This document shows positions 23,631 to 36,564 of a stretch of 64,000 nt of DNA, piece after piece. Below the pieces are notes generated by a model. The model saw only the letters and a list, made by a program, of their open reading frames with translations, was not told the origin of the DNA and did no database searches. Each line of letters opens with the position of its first letter. The stretch's first letter is position 1. The translations under genes and the position numbers were made by a program. This DNA is from Lingula anatina. Taxonomy: Eukaryota > Animalia > Brachiopoda. The stretch spans positions 10,540,001 through 10,604,000 of the forward strand of contig CM120642.1 of NCBI GenBank assembly GCA_051362555.1, in the 5' to 3' direction.

Positions 23631-26600
23631 TCATAAGTCATCTACACCCTCAAAGAAAAGTTGAATGGTGAATTCTTCCCTAAAAACATCCCATGTTTTC
23701 TCTTTGTGTGGATTGTCAATCTCGTACCTGAGTAATTTTAATCTGAAAAGCAAAAATTAAGATTTGACAGATATCAACTTCTTATATTAGAGTTAGTTTC
23801 ATGAGCAAGATACAAAAGTTCTAGGTTCCTTGTTGAAAAACTGAGTCTTTCTTTTGCTATCGATATCAACAGAAAAAGTCCGGAGAAAGATTAAACACTA
23901 TGACCCAGAAGAACTCTTGTGTATTTTTTTCTTATATGTCACCTACATTTATTTTTCTCACCAAGGTTCTGTGATAAGATAATATGTTTTATTTTAATAG
24001 CATAATAAAATTTTGTTTTAAAAAAATTCACAACAAAAGTATCTAATTAACTTACACTTTAAAAGCTATAAAATATGTGATGAGTTTACTGTTAAACTGA
24101 CAACAATGTTTTCCTTAAAGCCAAAACATTTGTCTGCTATTAGTTCCACATGCTGAGAGATGCAATCTTTCCATGAAAGACAAAATATATATTTTGCTGA
24201 CCATCCATATAATATTCACAATAACATGACATGCGCCTCCTCACCTGTTATCCTCTACAAAGGATGTATTAAACCAGAAATAAAATGGACAGTTATCATA
24301 GCCAATTGGTATTTTCTGAAAAAGAAAACCAATTACTTTTGTTTTACATCCAACAGCTACTAGAAGTAGTCTATGTAAGAGAGATGCTGATGTAGTAAAA
24401 ATAAATACTTTTCTATTAATCATTTTATCTGAGACACTATAAGAATACCTATTGAAGAACTGTAAAGGAAAATGAGGCATATTCACAAATATCAGAGCAA
24501 AGACTTTTTTCTTTGATACATTGTTAAAAAAAAAACAGATTTTCACCCACTATCATCACCAGTCAGTTTTTTGACATCTTTGCTATTTTGCTTGTTATAT
24601 GTTTTTCATAAACATTAATTCTAAAAATGTTGGATTATGTGCAAATTTCTATCAATACAAGGTTGCATGTTTTCAAGTACTGAAGCATCAGCACTCAACA
24701 TCTTGAAAAGTGTCACCTATGTTTCATTGTAATAAAAAGATAATTCTAAAATCATAAACTTAAGGTTCATTCATTTGCTATTTCATTTGTAAAAGACATC
24801 TAAATTATTTTGAAACAAATCAATCATTTGCATAAGTTTTTCATCCTGCCATCATTTAAAATATATATCTGTGCATTTAAAATTCTTTAGTAAAGATATT
24901 TAACCTTGTCCCTATACTTACAGCAGTAGAGGTAAATCTGACTTTGATGTCACCAACCAGAATAGGAGAATCTTCAAGCTCTATTGAAATGAAATCTTCC
25001 TCTTGCACATGTGTGAGCTGAAATATAACAAATAATATGATACTCATCTCTTGCTTCTTCTCCACAAAAACGCCATACACAAAATATATGATTGTCCTAC
25101 TTTATATGTTTCAGATGACAAAATAAAAAGAATATAGGTTAAATTCAGTGAACTTTGTTTGGAACTTACCCAAACACTTATACAGTAAGTGTTCCACCTA
25201 TGGCGTTTCCACAGGTTTTTCAAAATGAAATAGCAAATTCAGCCCACCAAGCAAACACGTCACATTCGGATCCTGTGGCCAGCATGTTGTTACTACATTA
25301 TAACGTCATATATGGATTAACCATGTGGTACCAACGTGACGTGTTTGCTGGTCATTTCCCTCACAGACATGCAGGAAAAAAAACCCTCCAAGTACATTTA
25401 TTGCTGAGTCCCCCCAAATTGTGGCAAATTTTCTTTGCAACAGGATGGCCAACACTATTCCAAGCTCCCACTTTTTGATATGATAGTTTTGAAACTACTT
25501 AAAGAATTGAAAACAAAGCCAAATTGAAAACTTGAGAAATATATACAAGAATAAAATTCAAATCTTGATTGCAAACTGACAGAAAATACTGTCTGATCCA
25601 AGGAAAAGACTGGTCAATAAACATTAGTTATTTAAAACTAGAGGATCAGAGAGGCGATACCGCCTCCGAATATTGTACCACCAGCTGGAGCAAGCGCATT
25701 CATATAGACCCCCACATATACAAAATAAGGAACACAGCCACCAGTCTTGTGCTTGACAAGCTGTAAAAATGCAATCAACAAGAATTTTCAAAATATGCAA
25801 AAAATATATATATTACTAAAAATGGTACAATCAAAGTTAATTTCATCGCAAGGTAGGTCAAAGGTCAATTCCAAGGTCACAGTAAATTGCCAGTATATGA
25901 CTTCCTATTCAACTTCAATAGTAACTATGGGCCTATCTCTGCCAGGTTTGGAGTTAAAAGAGAAAGAAATTAGCAGAGTTCAGTTCATGATAATAAGTAG
26001 GTCAAAGGTCAATTTCAAGGTCACACTTAGATTGCCAGTATATGACTTCCTATTCACGTTCAATAGTAACTATGGACCTATCTCTGCCAGTTTTGGAGAT
26101 AAAGGGGAAGCAAACTATGCAAAGTTCAGTTCATGGTGAAAAGTAGGTCAAAGGTCAATTTTAAGGTCACATTTAGATTGCCAGTATATGACTTCCTATT
26201 CAACTTCAATAGTAACTATGGACCTATCTCTGCCAGTTTTGGAGATAAAAGGGAAGCAAAATTTGCAAAGTTCAGTTCATGGTGAAAAGTAGGTCAAAGG
26301 TCAATTTTAAGGTCACATTTAGATTGCCAGTATATGACTTCCTATTCAAGTTCAATAGAAACTATGGACCTATCTCTGCCAGTTTTGGAGATAAAAGGAA
26401 GCAAAATTTGCAAAGTTCAGTTCATGGTGAAAAGTAGGTCAAAGGTCAATTTTAAGGTCACATTTAGATTGCCAGTATATGACTTCCTATTCAACTTCAA
26501 TAGTAACTATGGACCTATCTCTGCCAGTTTTGGAGATAAAAGGGAAGCAAAATTTGCAAAGTTCAGTTCATGGTAAAAAGTAGGTCAAAGGTCAATTTTA

Positions 26601-29496
26601 AGGTCACATTTAGATTGCCAGTATATGACTTCCTATTCAAGTTCAATAGAAACTATGGACCTATCTCTGCCAGTTTTGGAGATAAAAAGGAAGCAAAATT
26701 TGCAAAGTTCAGTTCATGGTGAAAAGTAGGTCAAAGGTCAATTTTAAGGTCACATTTAGATTCAAGATTAGATTCATAGAGTTCAAAATTTATTATCCAT
26801 TACCGTACTGCACATTTTGCTTTCACCACCAATATGTACTTTTTGATACAGCGTAACTCGAAAACCGTATGGAATACAAAAAAACGGAGACGACCCCCAG
26901 TGTTGGGCTTTACATGCTCTACAAAATGCAAAAAAGAATGGGTGTCTAGCATTAACGGTTCCCGAATTAGAGACAGTTTTCAGTTTCGATATCTTATGGC
27001 CGCTACTCCCGTGAAAATGCACCGATTGACCCCAAATTCACGGAGATGAAAGATGACCTGAAGGGTAACACTTTCCATTAATATTATTAGTTAAGTCTGT
27101 GTGGTGTCTGAATAAGACCGCAAATAATTTTTTTTTCGGCAAAAATTTTGTTTTTTTGAAAATTTTGGCCCGTTTGACCTTAAAATAAAGGTCAAAGGTC
27201 AAATCCAAGGGCATATTTGAAATCTACACATATGACTTTTGGAAAGCTGTCTGTAGAAATTTTTCCCATAATTCCTTCTGTAGGGGAGACAATTAGCATT
27301 TAATTTTGCCATTTTTGGACAAGGGTGCATTGCAATGAGTGCCACACCTAGACCCCAATACCGACAAAGCCCAAATTTTACGTGGAACGAGTTGAGATTA
27401 TAGGTGACCTAAATCCAAGAGATGGGTATGCAGGGACGGATCCAGAGTTATTTTCTGACAGTCTTCCAAATTATCTTTGTTGATCCATCCTCCATTTTCT
27501 GACCGTCTTCCGACAGAAAAAATTAGATACCCATCAATGTAAACTTGAAAATCTGACCGTCTTCTGGAAGACCCAGAAGACGGCCTAAATCCGCCCCTGG
27601 GTATGGAGGCCCTTACCGTCTAGGAGGAGAAGCGGTAACGGTGACTTGGCGGCGGAGCCGCAGGAGCCGGCGGAGCCGCAGGAGCCGGCGGAACATACGG
27701 GTCGGGACTAAAACCATGTGTACCGCCAGCGCCTACGCTGGTGGTACAATAATACAACCAAATAACAATTATGTCTTTTATCTATTAAAGACTCACTTTG
27801 CAATTTGTGTTGGTTCCAAACTGGCAGTTAAATCTCTCCACCTTGTCTTTGAACAGCATCATACTGAGGTCGGAGCCATCTCCATTTCCCACACCTAAAT
27901 TATGATGAGAAAATACCATTTTAATAATATCATTGCCTTCTTTGGGTTACCAGCATAAGTATACTGCATCTTCCAATAAAAAATGTTGGACTACATTAAT
28001 TTTACAATCATTTTGATCGTCATCTGTTCTTTTGCAATTAAAAATAACCCAATACTCTCAAGTTTGAAGCCTAAAAACAATTTCAAACACAAGTGAATTG
28101 ACTTTGCCTTCCTTGATAATTTTCAAAGATTTCCAATTTATGCTGTTTGTATTGTAAATTTGTAATTCTGTTGAAAAAAAAGTGACATCTTCAACACAAT
28201 GGAAAAGGTATTTATATCTCTTTGAATTCTAATATATTTTATTTTAATCTATAGATAAAAAATTTAATTCTTTAAAAACTGATAACTGTTTTTTATGTAA
28301 TCTCAATTATAATAAATATCTACCAGTTATTCCAGTGATTTTGATCTGCGTCATTCTTAATCTCTTGTCAGGAGGGAGCTCTTCATTAAAATTCTTCTTG
28401 ATTTTTTCAAAATATCCAACATAGCGGCTCTGTAAGAATTCATCATATCAAACTTTGGAATCTTCATATCAATATATTACAAGTTGGAATTATCTATCTC
28501 TGTGATATCTACTGTACTTCATCTGTAATCTCAGGCCTGTAGTGAGGGGAGGGGGGGGGGGTTAAATATACCACCCTTTTTGCCAGGAAAAGGTCCAAAA
28601 AAGGAAAAGGGTCAAAATTGATCTAGGTATACACAGTTCAGTTTTCATGGTATAATGCCTATTTTTTTCATAAACTCTATCTCCCCTTTGAAATTGATAT
28701 CACTACGTATTATTAAATAATGGTAATTAAATTTGTCACTCACACTGAAGTATTGAAAAGATAGAGGCATCATTTTCAAAATATCTAGATACAATCACTA
28801 AGTATTATCACTATAAATACAAGATGAATGGAAAATGAAAGAAAAGTGAGTTTTCAATGTATCTTACCTGACTTGGTGTTTCAACACCTTGGAATTTACT
28901 TCCTACACTTTGATCAGTCCGTCGCCTTCCAAAATAATCAAGACTTTCCTGGAAAATAATTTAAATTAATCTCAAGTTGTATTTACACCATAACAAGACA
29001 TCTGCTTAACTTCAACATGCATCATGGTCTTTCTGTTGTCTGATATTTTGGATTGACATTTGGTCTGTAAGACTGGGTTCCCATACCTAGATTGATCTAA
29101 CATCTATCCATCTCTGAAGGGTTTCTCGCTAAACTGCTTTCAGCTTAAGCGATCTAACATCTATCCATCTCTGAAGGGTTTCTCGCTTAACTGCTTTCAG
29201 CTTAAGCGGCTTAGATGTCTGGCTCCCCTACTGAAGCTGCTAAACGATAATTGATTCCCCTCTAACAGCTTCAGTAGGCGTGACAGACATTTAAGCCGCT
29301 GAAGTTGGTGTAATATAGCAAGAATCGCCTCAGAAATAGATTGATCCACAATTAGTACGACAGGGTCTGGGAATGGTCCCTAATGGTCTTGGTCTGAAGG
29401 AAACCCTGTATAATAACAATACTGGAAATGTATTTTTTAAATCAAAACTTGAATCAAAATAATGGCATACAAACATAATGACACTGAACATTTTCT

Positions 29497-29555
<59 letters not shown>

Positions 29556-32500
29556 CTTGAGAGACCGAGAGAGAGAAGGGTCATGGCGAGAGTCTTGCGA
29601 TATTGAGATTGCCCAATGGCATAAAAATACCCAATAAATGCACAAAACTGTCTGTTAATGTGTATCAACTCTCCTGATGATAATGATAACACTCGCACTC
29701 TCTCTTCTTCACCACTGATGAAAAAAGTCAGCCTCATTGGTCAAAATATAAAGTATGCTTACGTGAGCCTGTTCAAACAAGCCACAGTGCACCAGCCATG
29801 TACAGATCATGGTGCCTGTCCGTCCCTTGCCTCCCTTACAATGCACTGCTATGATGTTGTTTTGATCTTCATTCATCCAAGCTTCTACACTCTTAGCAAA
29901 GGTTATCATATCCCTGAAGTGTAAAAAAACTTACGTGTATATACACATATTTCAAACATTATGAGCTTAATTCATTCACAAAGTTTTTGTTTTGCTCTAT
30001 TACTAATAACTTTTTCAAGTCATTTTTTTTTCAATTTCAGTGGTTCAGACTAAACATGCTCTTCTTTTGTGTTTTAGGAATAAAAATATTGTAGCCCAAA
30101 ATGTTTATCATTTACTTGGGAATTAGACTGACAATAATTATACTCTGGCTATAATCAATTCTACAACAGTTATCAAACAATCCAATAAGACCACCCCTCT
30201 ACCAATTTTATGAAATTATGAAATTTTATGAAATAAATAATGGTTTTTGAATTTTATATAAGCTGTCTTTTAGTAAAATATCTTAATATATCATACTTGA
30301 GTTCTGGTACATTGTGGTCATCAATATAGACCCTCTCCACTCTGTTGTGGAATAATGTCTCATCATACCCTCTCTCACCTAAAAATAATAAATAACCGAA
30401 TGAATGAATGAATGAATGAACATTTGTCCATTTTCATTAATTTTTGTCCAATGCTAAGCAATGTGTTAATATTAATGGCATTATTGGTCAACAACAACTT
30501 TTTTCAACTTGTAACTCTTTCAGCTTGACATCTTCATTAATGCACCTTGGTAGTTTAACCAAAAATGAGATGGTTTAGAATTTTTAAGTTTAACAAGCCA
30601 AACATCCTAAATGAAAAAAAAATCTTTTTTTTTAATTCTCCAATTTTACATTATATTTCAATTATAACATGCTTGTAAGTTACGCTGAACACCTACTATC
30701 TCACTTCTCATACTTACTGCAGAGGTTATATATTTTGTAATGGTCCTTGTGCTTGGTGTCAAAAAATCTTGCAACTTCCTGAAAGCAGTTGGTGTAATTG
30801 TTTTAGACTAAACAATTAAAGCATATATCCTACAGGTAAATGAAAATGCTTTAAAGTCTTATTTTCATGTCTAAATATCCTGTCTAATATTTCTCATTTC
30901 CAGACATAAAAACAATGAAACCTCTCAAATAAAAGTTAATCTGGAGTCTACTTGATACTGACCTATCTGAGATTAAGAATTTAAATGAATCACAGTTCAT
31001 TTAGAAGTAAGTTATTTAATTAGAAACTGTACAAGTTTGAACAATTTGCGCACAGGAGAAAAAATGCTTTTTTTTCTGGAAGAAAATTACATTTTGGTGT
31101 CAGGATTTATCCCAAATAGAATACCTTTAATTTCAACTTCACAACTTACAATACTTAAGCTGGGTGCTACTAGAAAGTGCTAGTGCATATTTGGCAGGCC
31201 AACTTGCCAAATTTGGCTAACATTTTATTTTGGCAGTGATTTAAATGTAGCTGTTGCTCCTTTTTTTTTTTTAAATGATTAAGGATTTGGTGTCTTAGGG
31301 ATTCAGAATCAAACAGCACACCAGTCTAGAAATGTCATATAATGTATGTTTCTGTAAAAATACTTTGTTAATTTGATTCAAATACACTTATAAATTACTA
31401 TATAATTTTTGAGCCAATGTGTACAAACTCACCTGGATTGGGTTTCTATAAACTGACATGATTCCAGTAGAAGGAAATGACATTGCAATCACCCTTTCTG
31501 TAATATAAAATAATAATACAGGAGACTGGGGTAGCGCTAGCAATTTTTTTCGCTTAGCCAAATCACCACTTTTTTGTCAATTTGTTATCAAAATGGTTAT
31601 AATTTGACTAAAACAAGTCAAATCAAGCCCTTTTTCTTAGCCAATTGAAGAGAGTTTTAGCATTTGGCTAAATTGGCGAGTGTTAGCGCTATCCAAGGGA
31701 GACATTTACAAGGCATCAATCTCAGTAATTAGAGTACTGATAAAACAAAAACATTTACATTTATCATTGTGCAGTGTTCCACAGAGAATATAAAAATATA
31801 AAAGGTAAAGTAATAGATTTATTGATAAAATTAACTTATTTTGGGTTAGAAGACAACATCCAAAATTAACATGAAAGCACTCCATTATTTTATATACCAG
31901 AATGTGCCTCAGTGTACAAACAAAGAATGTGTAACTCTGGGTGCTATCAGTAAACAACAGCCACATGAGTCAATGACCCCATATGCCAGGGAAAGATCTC
32001 TATGCAAGTGTGAGGTAAAAAAGGGTGTCTACTTCCAGTGTCTGAATGAAAACTAATTCTGAACAATAAGCTATAGATAGTAGGCCATTAGCCTGAGTTA
32101 TAGTTCAGAGGAGTATTGAATATCTACTCTACAAATGGACAGCTAAGTAAAAATGCACATGTAAATGTTGTCCAAAAATTCACAGTACAGAAATGTAGAA
32201 AATTAGTGAATATCGAGAAAAATATCTTTGAAAATGTTGTAAAAAAAACTTCTCTCTGTGACCGTGGAGGAGGGTATGAATGTCCCCACAGACAACATGC
32301 CCCATATCATTCATTATTTGCTTTAATTGGAATGACCTTCATCTTGATCTTGATATGTAAATTTATATATGATATACATATTTCACCATATGTACAGGTA
32401 TCATAAATTTGAAAACATTATCTAACTGGGGTTTGCCCTCACCTGAAATACAATGGCACTGCCTGATAACACAGTTGGTCAAATCAAAATAATATGGAAA

Positions 32501-35500
32501 TATTCCATTTTAGTAAGCCTTGCACCTTAAAGCTTTGTTTATATTACTACAATTATACAACCAGACTCAGTTTTGGACCATATAACAGTTGCCCCCTCCT
32601 CTGAAACACCTTTTTTCCTCATTTAAGTACATTTCGCCACCCCTCACATATCAAAAGAGCTAAACTGAACACATGCTGCATACCTGTCACATAACATAAA
32701 TCCAGATCAAAACCATCTTTCTGGTATCTTCTCTTGTTTTCTGAGACCATCAGTCGAGAGGCCTTGGCAACATTCTTTCTCTCCGTGTAAATGATTCGAA
32801 TGATGAGTATGCCTCTGATCAGACGGCCAGCAATAACTAGTCTGAAAACAGCAACAAAAACATTAATTTGAAAATTTTGTTTAAATTTTTTAAATATTAC
32901 TTTTAGTTCTCCACACTACAACAGCATACACCTTATTATACACATATTATATTTTCCTATTAAGACTGTTGTAAAGTATAAACAGAAAAATGTTCACTAG
33001 TAAAATTCATGTATTCAAGAACTGAATGGATATCCCCTTTTTATGAAATATTTTTGAAAAGTGCTTTTAAACAAAAGAAGCACAGAATATGTTCCCAGTG
33101 CCGTTAATATTTTATATCAAATAAATAAAATTCACAATTCTACATAAAACTCCACAATAACTAGACTTACTTTCCCAACTCAGCATTCTGCTGTAAGTTT
33201 CTTAAATCTAAAGCTGTATATATAGGAGTGAAAATAAAGGCTATCAACACCACCACAAAGTCAACCACATCCACCCAGTTTTTGAAGAACAGTTTTGGGC
33301 TGAAAAATAACAAAAAATATAAACAGTTATCTTGAAGAACTGATTTCTTCATTCTCCTAAAATACTTTTTTGTAAGAAGATTTTTCAATACAATTTTATG
33401 TTAGTATTACTGTGTGGTTCTGACATTTTAACAACTTACAGCGAATGTTTGATACAGTGATGAAAAATCTAAGTAAAATATTGTATAATTCTAAGCCCTG
33501 TCAGCTTTTCGGTAAATTTTTGTAAATGCAGATTGCATTTTATAGTTTTTATTCATATAGACATGTATTCTTTAAATAGCAAGACTTATTCCAATCATCC
33601 TGAGAATCCAAAAAGTATAAGAATGAGTCGGTCATGGCTATAAAACACATAGAGTGACAAAACAAAAAGCACTTTTACCCACAATACATATTTTTTTGCA
33701 AGCAGGAATCCTGTAAGCGTAAAGTCAGGAATAAAGTTTGAACTTACCCTCTCCCAAATATCCTAGCAATCACCTCTGTCATAAAATAACAAGAGAAAAT
33801 GAGAGCAACAACATCAAAGCCTTTCTTGCTGTCTGTGGTGATTGATATATCAACAATCACCAGTACAATGTCTATGAGAATGAGCACCATTGTGACCAGT
33901 CTGAAGATAATATGTTCTACAACCTTCCTCACCATTAACTGTGCATGTCTAAAAGAGAGAGGGGGAAAATAATTTTATACATATAATTTTATTTTAATAT
34001 TTTTAATTGGCAAAGTGCATATTGTTATTTATGTTGCCATTGACCTTTAAGTTTTTTCAAGTTTTTTGGCAAATAACTATTTTTTACTTTTGATATCTAT
34101 TTAACATTTGTGTATAACAAGAGTACAGTAAAGCCAGCTCCTTTTTTGAACCTCTTTACAGGTTTTAGAAAACATTTTCCATTTGACAAAGTATTTTGTA
34201 ATAAAAATATGTTCCGATATACAGAAACGGATTTGCAATATAGAAAATTTATACAAACATTTAATCAAAATAATTTAAGGAGAGACATTCCATTCTTTTG
34301 TGTATTATATACCCCCCTACATTTAGAATTCAGCTCTATAGTTTATAAATCATAATCATTATATGGATGAAATTACCATGAAACAAGGCAGATTACAAAT
34401 AGCCTGAGATTTTACACCCTGGACAAGAGTAATGAAGGTGGATGTAGGTCTCAATACACTCTCTGGGTCACTTGAACAATATGCCAATTAATATGTGATA
34501 TACAAGTGATCACTAATTGTCACCAATAACCAAGGCAACCAAACCATTTGTGTAAATGTGACTAGAAGGTTGATATCTGTGTATTTATTGTGTTCTTTTG
34601 TATAAAATTTCTGTAGCATACTACAGACATATACTGTGCATATTTACTAAGGATAAGACTATACAGTACATTGGCACAACTGATTAGATCAAGGCTTTTG
34701 TCAGCTTTCTGCTCAGACAAGTGAAACATCATGAGAACAAATTTTACTGATCAAATGTGTGCATCCAGACAGAAAACGTTAATCCAATCCATTTCCAATG
34801 GTTAGGAAGTCATTCAATCTATAATTGAATCTTAACTCAGGCTTGACCATACACTCTCTGCATCATGCATGCAGAATATATATACACACTGCTTTGCACT
34901 TTTGTTTTCAGCGACTATTCTTATCTTTTGAAATATAGGTAAAAATAGATATTTTCAGAGCTCTGTTGGCAATCAGATGACCCATTGTATGAGTTATCTT
35001 TACATCAATGTTGCACTGAACATGAATCATATCCCCATAGGATGTGTTAGCACAATTCATGCAATGTGGAAGGAAGTCGAGCAAAAATCAAATCCACAAG
35101 TGAAGGATAATGGCCAAAACACATTTAATCTGTTGCAGTGATTAAATTATGCAAATGCCTCTTTCTGGAATGAAACTGATCAGTTTGCCACTTTTAAAAT
35201 ATAGTTTCAGCCAACTTACAAAACACTTGATATTGTTTCACACCCAATGCTTCAATCTGATTTCAAAGATGGAAAGAAAGAAGAAAGAAAAGGGAAAAGG
35301 AAGGAAGGCATGCCAGAATTAAAAGAGAAAGAGAGAAAAAAAGAAATAATTACAGATAGACATGTCTTACTCCAGAGGTGTTTCTGCTGTGTAACGGTCC
35401 CCTGCAGGATCCTCAATGTGTTGTGGCCCCCCTTGCTGAGCCTCTGCATCGTAAAAAGTGCCATTGGTCCCAGAAGATGCACGTATGACATGTTTATCAC

Positions 35501-36014
35501 TTGAAACAATCTAGTAAAATAAAAGAAATTTACCATGAGATCTAGGATCATGCAACTAAAACACAAATCTCGAAAAAATAAAGTTGTAACAAGTACTAGT
35601 AGCAAATCAAAGCATGGCCTTATGATAAGCGCACTTACATTATGGAATAAGTATCCCCCATCAGTTAATTTTTATGGCCTTTTTACATCATACCCCTACT
35701 CTATAACACCAATTTCCCTTAATTGAGTTTCAAAAAGCTTTTGTAATTCTAACAAAAAATGAAATAAAATAAGCACTTACAACTTATGTACTTCAGAATA
35801 TAATATATTTGGTCAAATTTTTTGCCATTTATTTTCAGTTTCTTTCTTCCATTCTCTACTATGGCTAACACAATCGACATGTATAAAGCACCTATACCTG
35901 TACATCGACGCCATCTTGGTCAAGGCGCACCTCCGTCATGATCTCTTCATTTTGTGCTTTTGGCGGCATAACCATGTCTTCTTCTTCCTCATCATCAAAC
36001 CTTTGGTAGTTCAT
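23631..36014 (-). CDS. TPTE2: Voltage-sensing phosphoinositide phosphatase (VSP / TPTE / TPTE2-like)
   Basis: 15 coding exons: 36014-35898, 35510-35371, 33948-33748, 33299-33171, 32841-32684, 31497-31433, 30778-30718, 30378-30297, 29913-29763, 28948-28868, 28429-28324, 27894-27797, 25017-24922, 24315-24245, 23742-23631 (1668 nt, 555 aa, open). S1-S4 helices, linker [38 protein letters not shown], active site [18 protein letters not shown]2 domain [22 protein letters not shown]. Confidence 0.96.
25853..26762. repeat. Tandem repeat, ~146-bp unit, ~6.3 copies
   Basis: GTAGGTCAAAGGTCAA recurs at 25853, 25997, 26143, 26289, 26434, 26580 and 26726. Confidence 0.95.
27431..27599. mobile_element. 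Small TIR element nested in the HINE
   Basis: CAGGGACGGAT...ATCCGCCCCTG termini with GGTATG duplicated at 27425-27430 and 27600-27605. Confidence 0.7.
29071..29380. mobile_element. Probable MITE with internal ~57-bp direct duplication and hairpin
   Basis: TAA on both flanks and weak TIRs (GGTTCCCATACC / GGTCTGGGAATGG). GATCTAACATCTATCCATCTCTGAAGGG...CAGCTTAAGC occurs twice. Inverted CGGCTTAGATGTCT..CCTACTGAAGCTG / CAGCTTCAGTAGG..AGACATTTAAGCCG. Confidence 0.5.
29500..29553. repeat. (TA)n microsatellite
   Basis: Directly visible. Confidence 0.95.
31526..31697. mobile_element. Small TIR element (MITE) with GGAGA TSD
   Basis: CTGGGGTAGCGCTAGCA ... TGTTAGCGCTATCCAAG inverted termini; GGAGA on both flanks. 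Confidence 0.6.
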
Positions 36015-36349
36015 GGTACCCTCTTCTACTAGTTCAGGGGCTGTAGGAAATAGTAATCACATTTTAAGAACAGTCATGTTGCTATATAGGGATAATAAAC
36101 ATACTTGTACATTAGGTCAATGGTAAGTTACAGTAGTTGCAATTATGTAATGGTTTTAGAGCATCAATCATATTTTTAAATTCTTCTTGATCCATTTCCT
36201 CACTCTACTACTGCAAATTTTTTTCTCCATACACCCATTTACCACATCTATTCCTTCCAATTTAGTACAAGTGTACTGTATGATATGATGTCTCTTTCTT
36301 TTTATGGAATCCGGAGGTGGACAAGTTTAAAGGTGGAGAAGGCATGTTG

Positions 36350-36564
36350 CACCCCATTTCTATAGATTAGATCGACCTACTTTAGATGGACCTAACTCCC
36401 TGGGGGTTCACGCTAAATAGCTGTCAGCTGGGCGGACACGAAAGTTAATTACCCTCTTACAGCTTGTAGTAGGCGGGACAGAGATTTAAGTCAGATTATC
36501 TGAAAGTAATCTAGTGAGACTCCCCGCGGGGATAGATCGATCTAAAATCTATGGGAATAGAGCC
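36350..36564 (+). mobile_element. 215-bp MITE, copy 1 (VSP 5' intron)
   Basis: Imperfect TIRs (CACCCCATTTCTATAGATTAGATCGA / TCGATCTAAAATCTATGGGAATAGAGCC); highly similar inverted copy at 41236-41450. Confidence 0.75.

Larger units (their letters stand above)
25634..27752. mobile_element. Helentron-associated (HINE/DINE-like) non-autonomous element with internal tandem array
   Basis: Starts AAAACTAGAG with a short hairpin GAGGCGATACCGCCTC, has a central ~146-bp tandem array and a GC-rich GGAGCCG(C/G) minirepeat at 27653-27690, and ends with hairpin TGTACCGCCAGCG-CCTA-CGCTGGTGGTACA followed by ATAATA. No TSD seen. Confidence 0.7.

Noticed and set aside
25747-26762. CRISPR-like array, or ORFs 25747-26139 and 26334-26576
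   Set aside because: Whole units repeat with no unique spacers, the context is a eukaryotic intron, and the ORFs are repeat translations.
35631-35790. Two extra minus-strand GTAAGT donors between the first two VSP coding exons
   Set aside because: The acceptors I tried all gave stops, and the flanking exons already join in frame.
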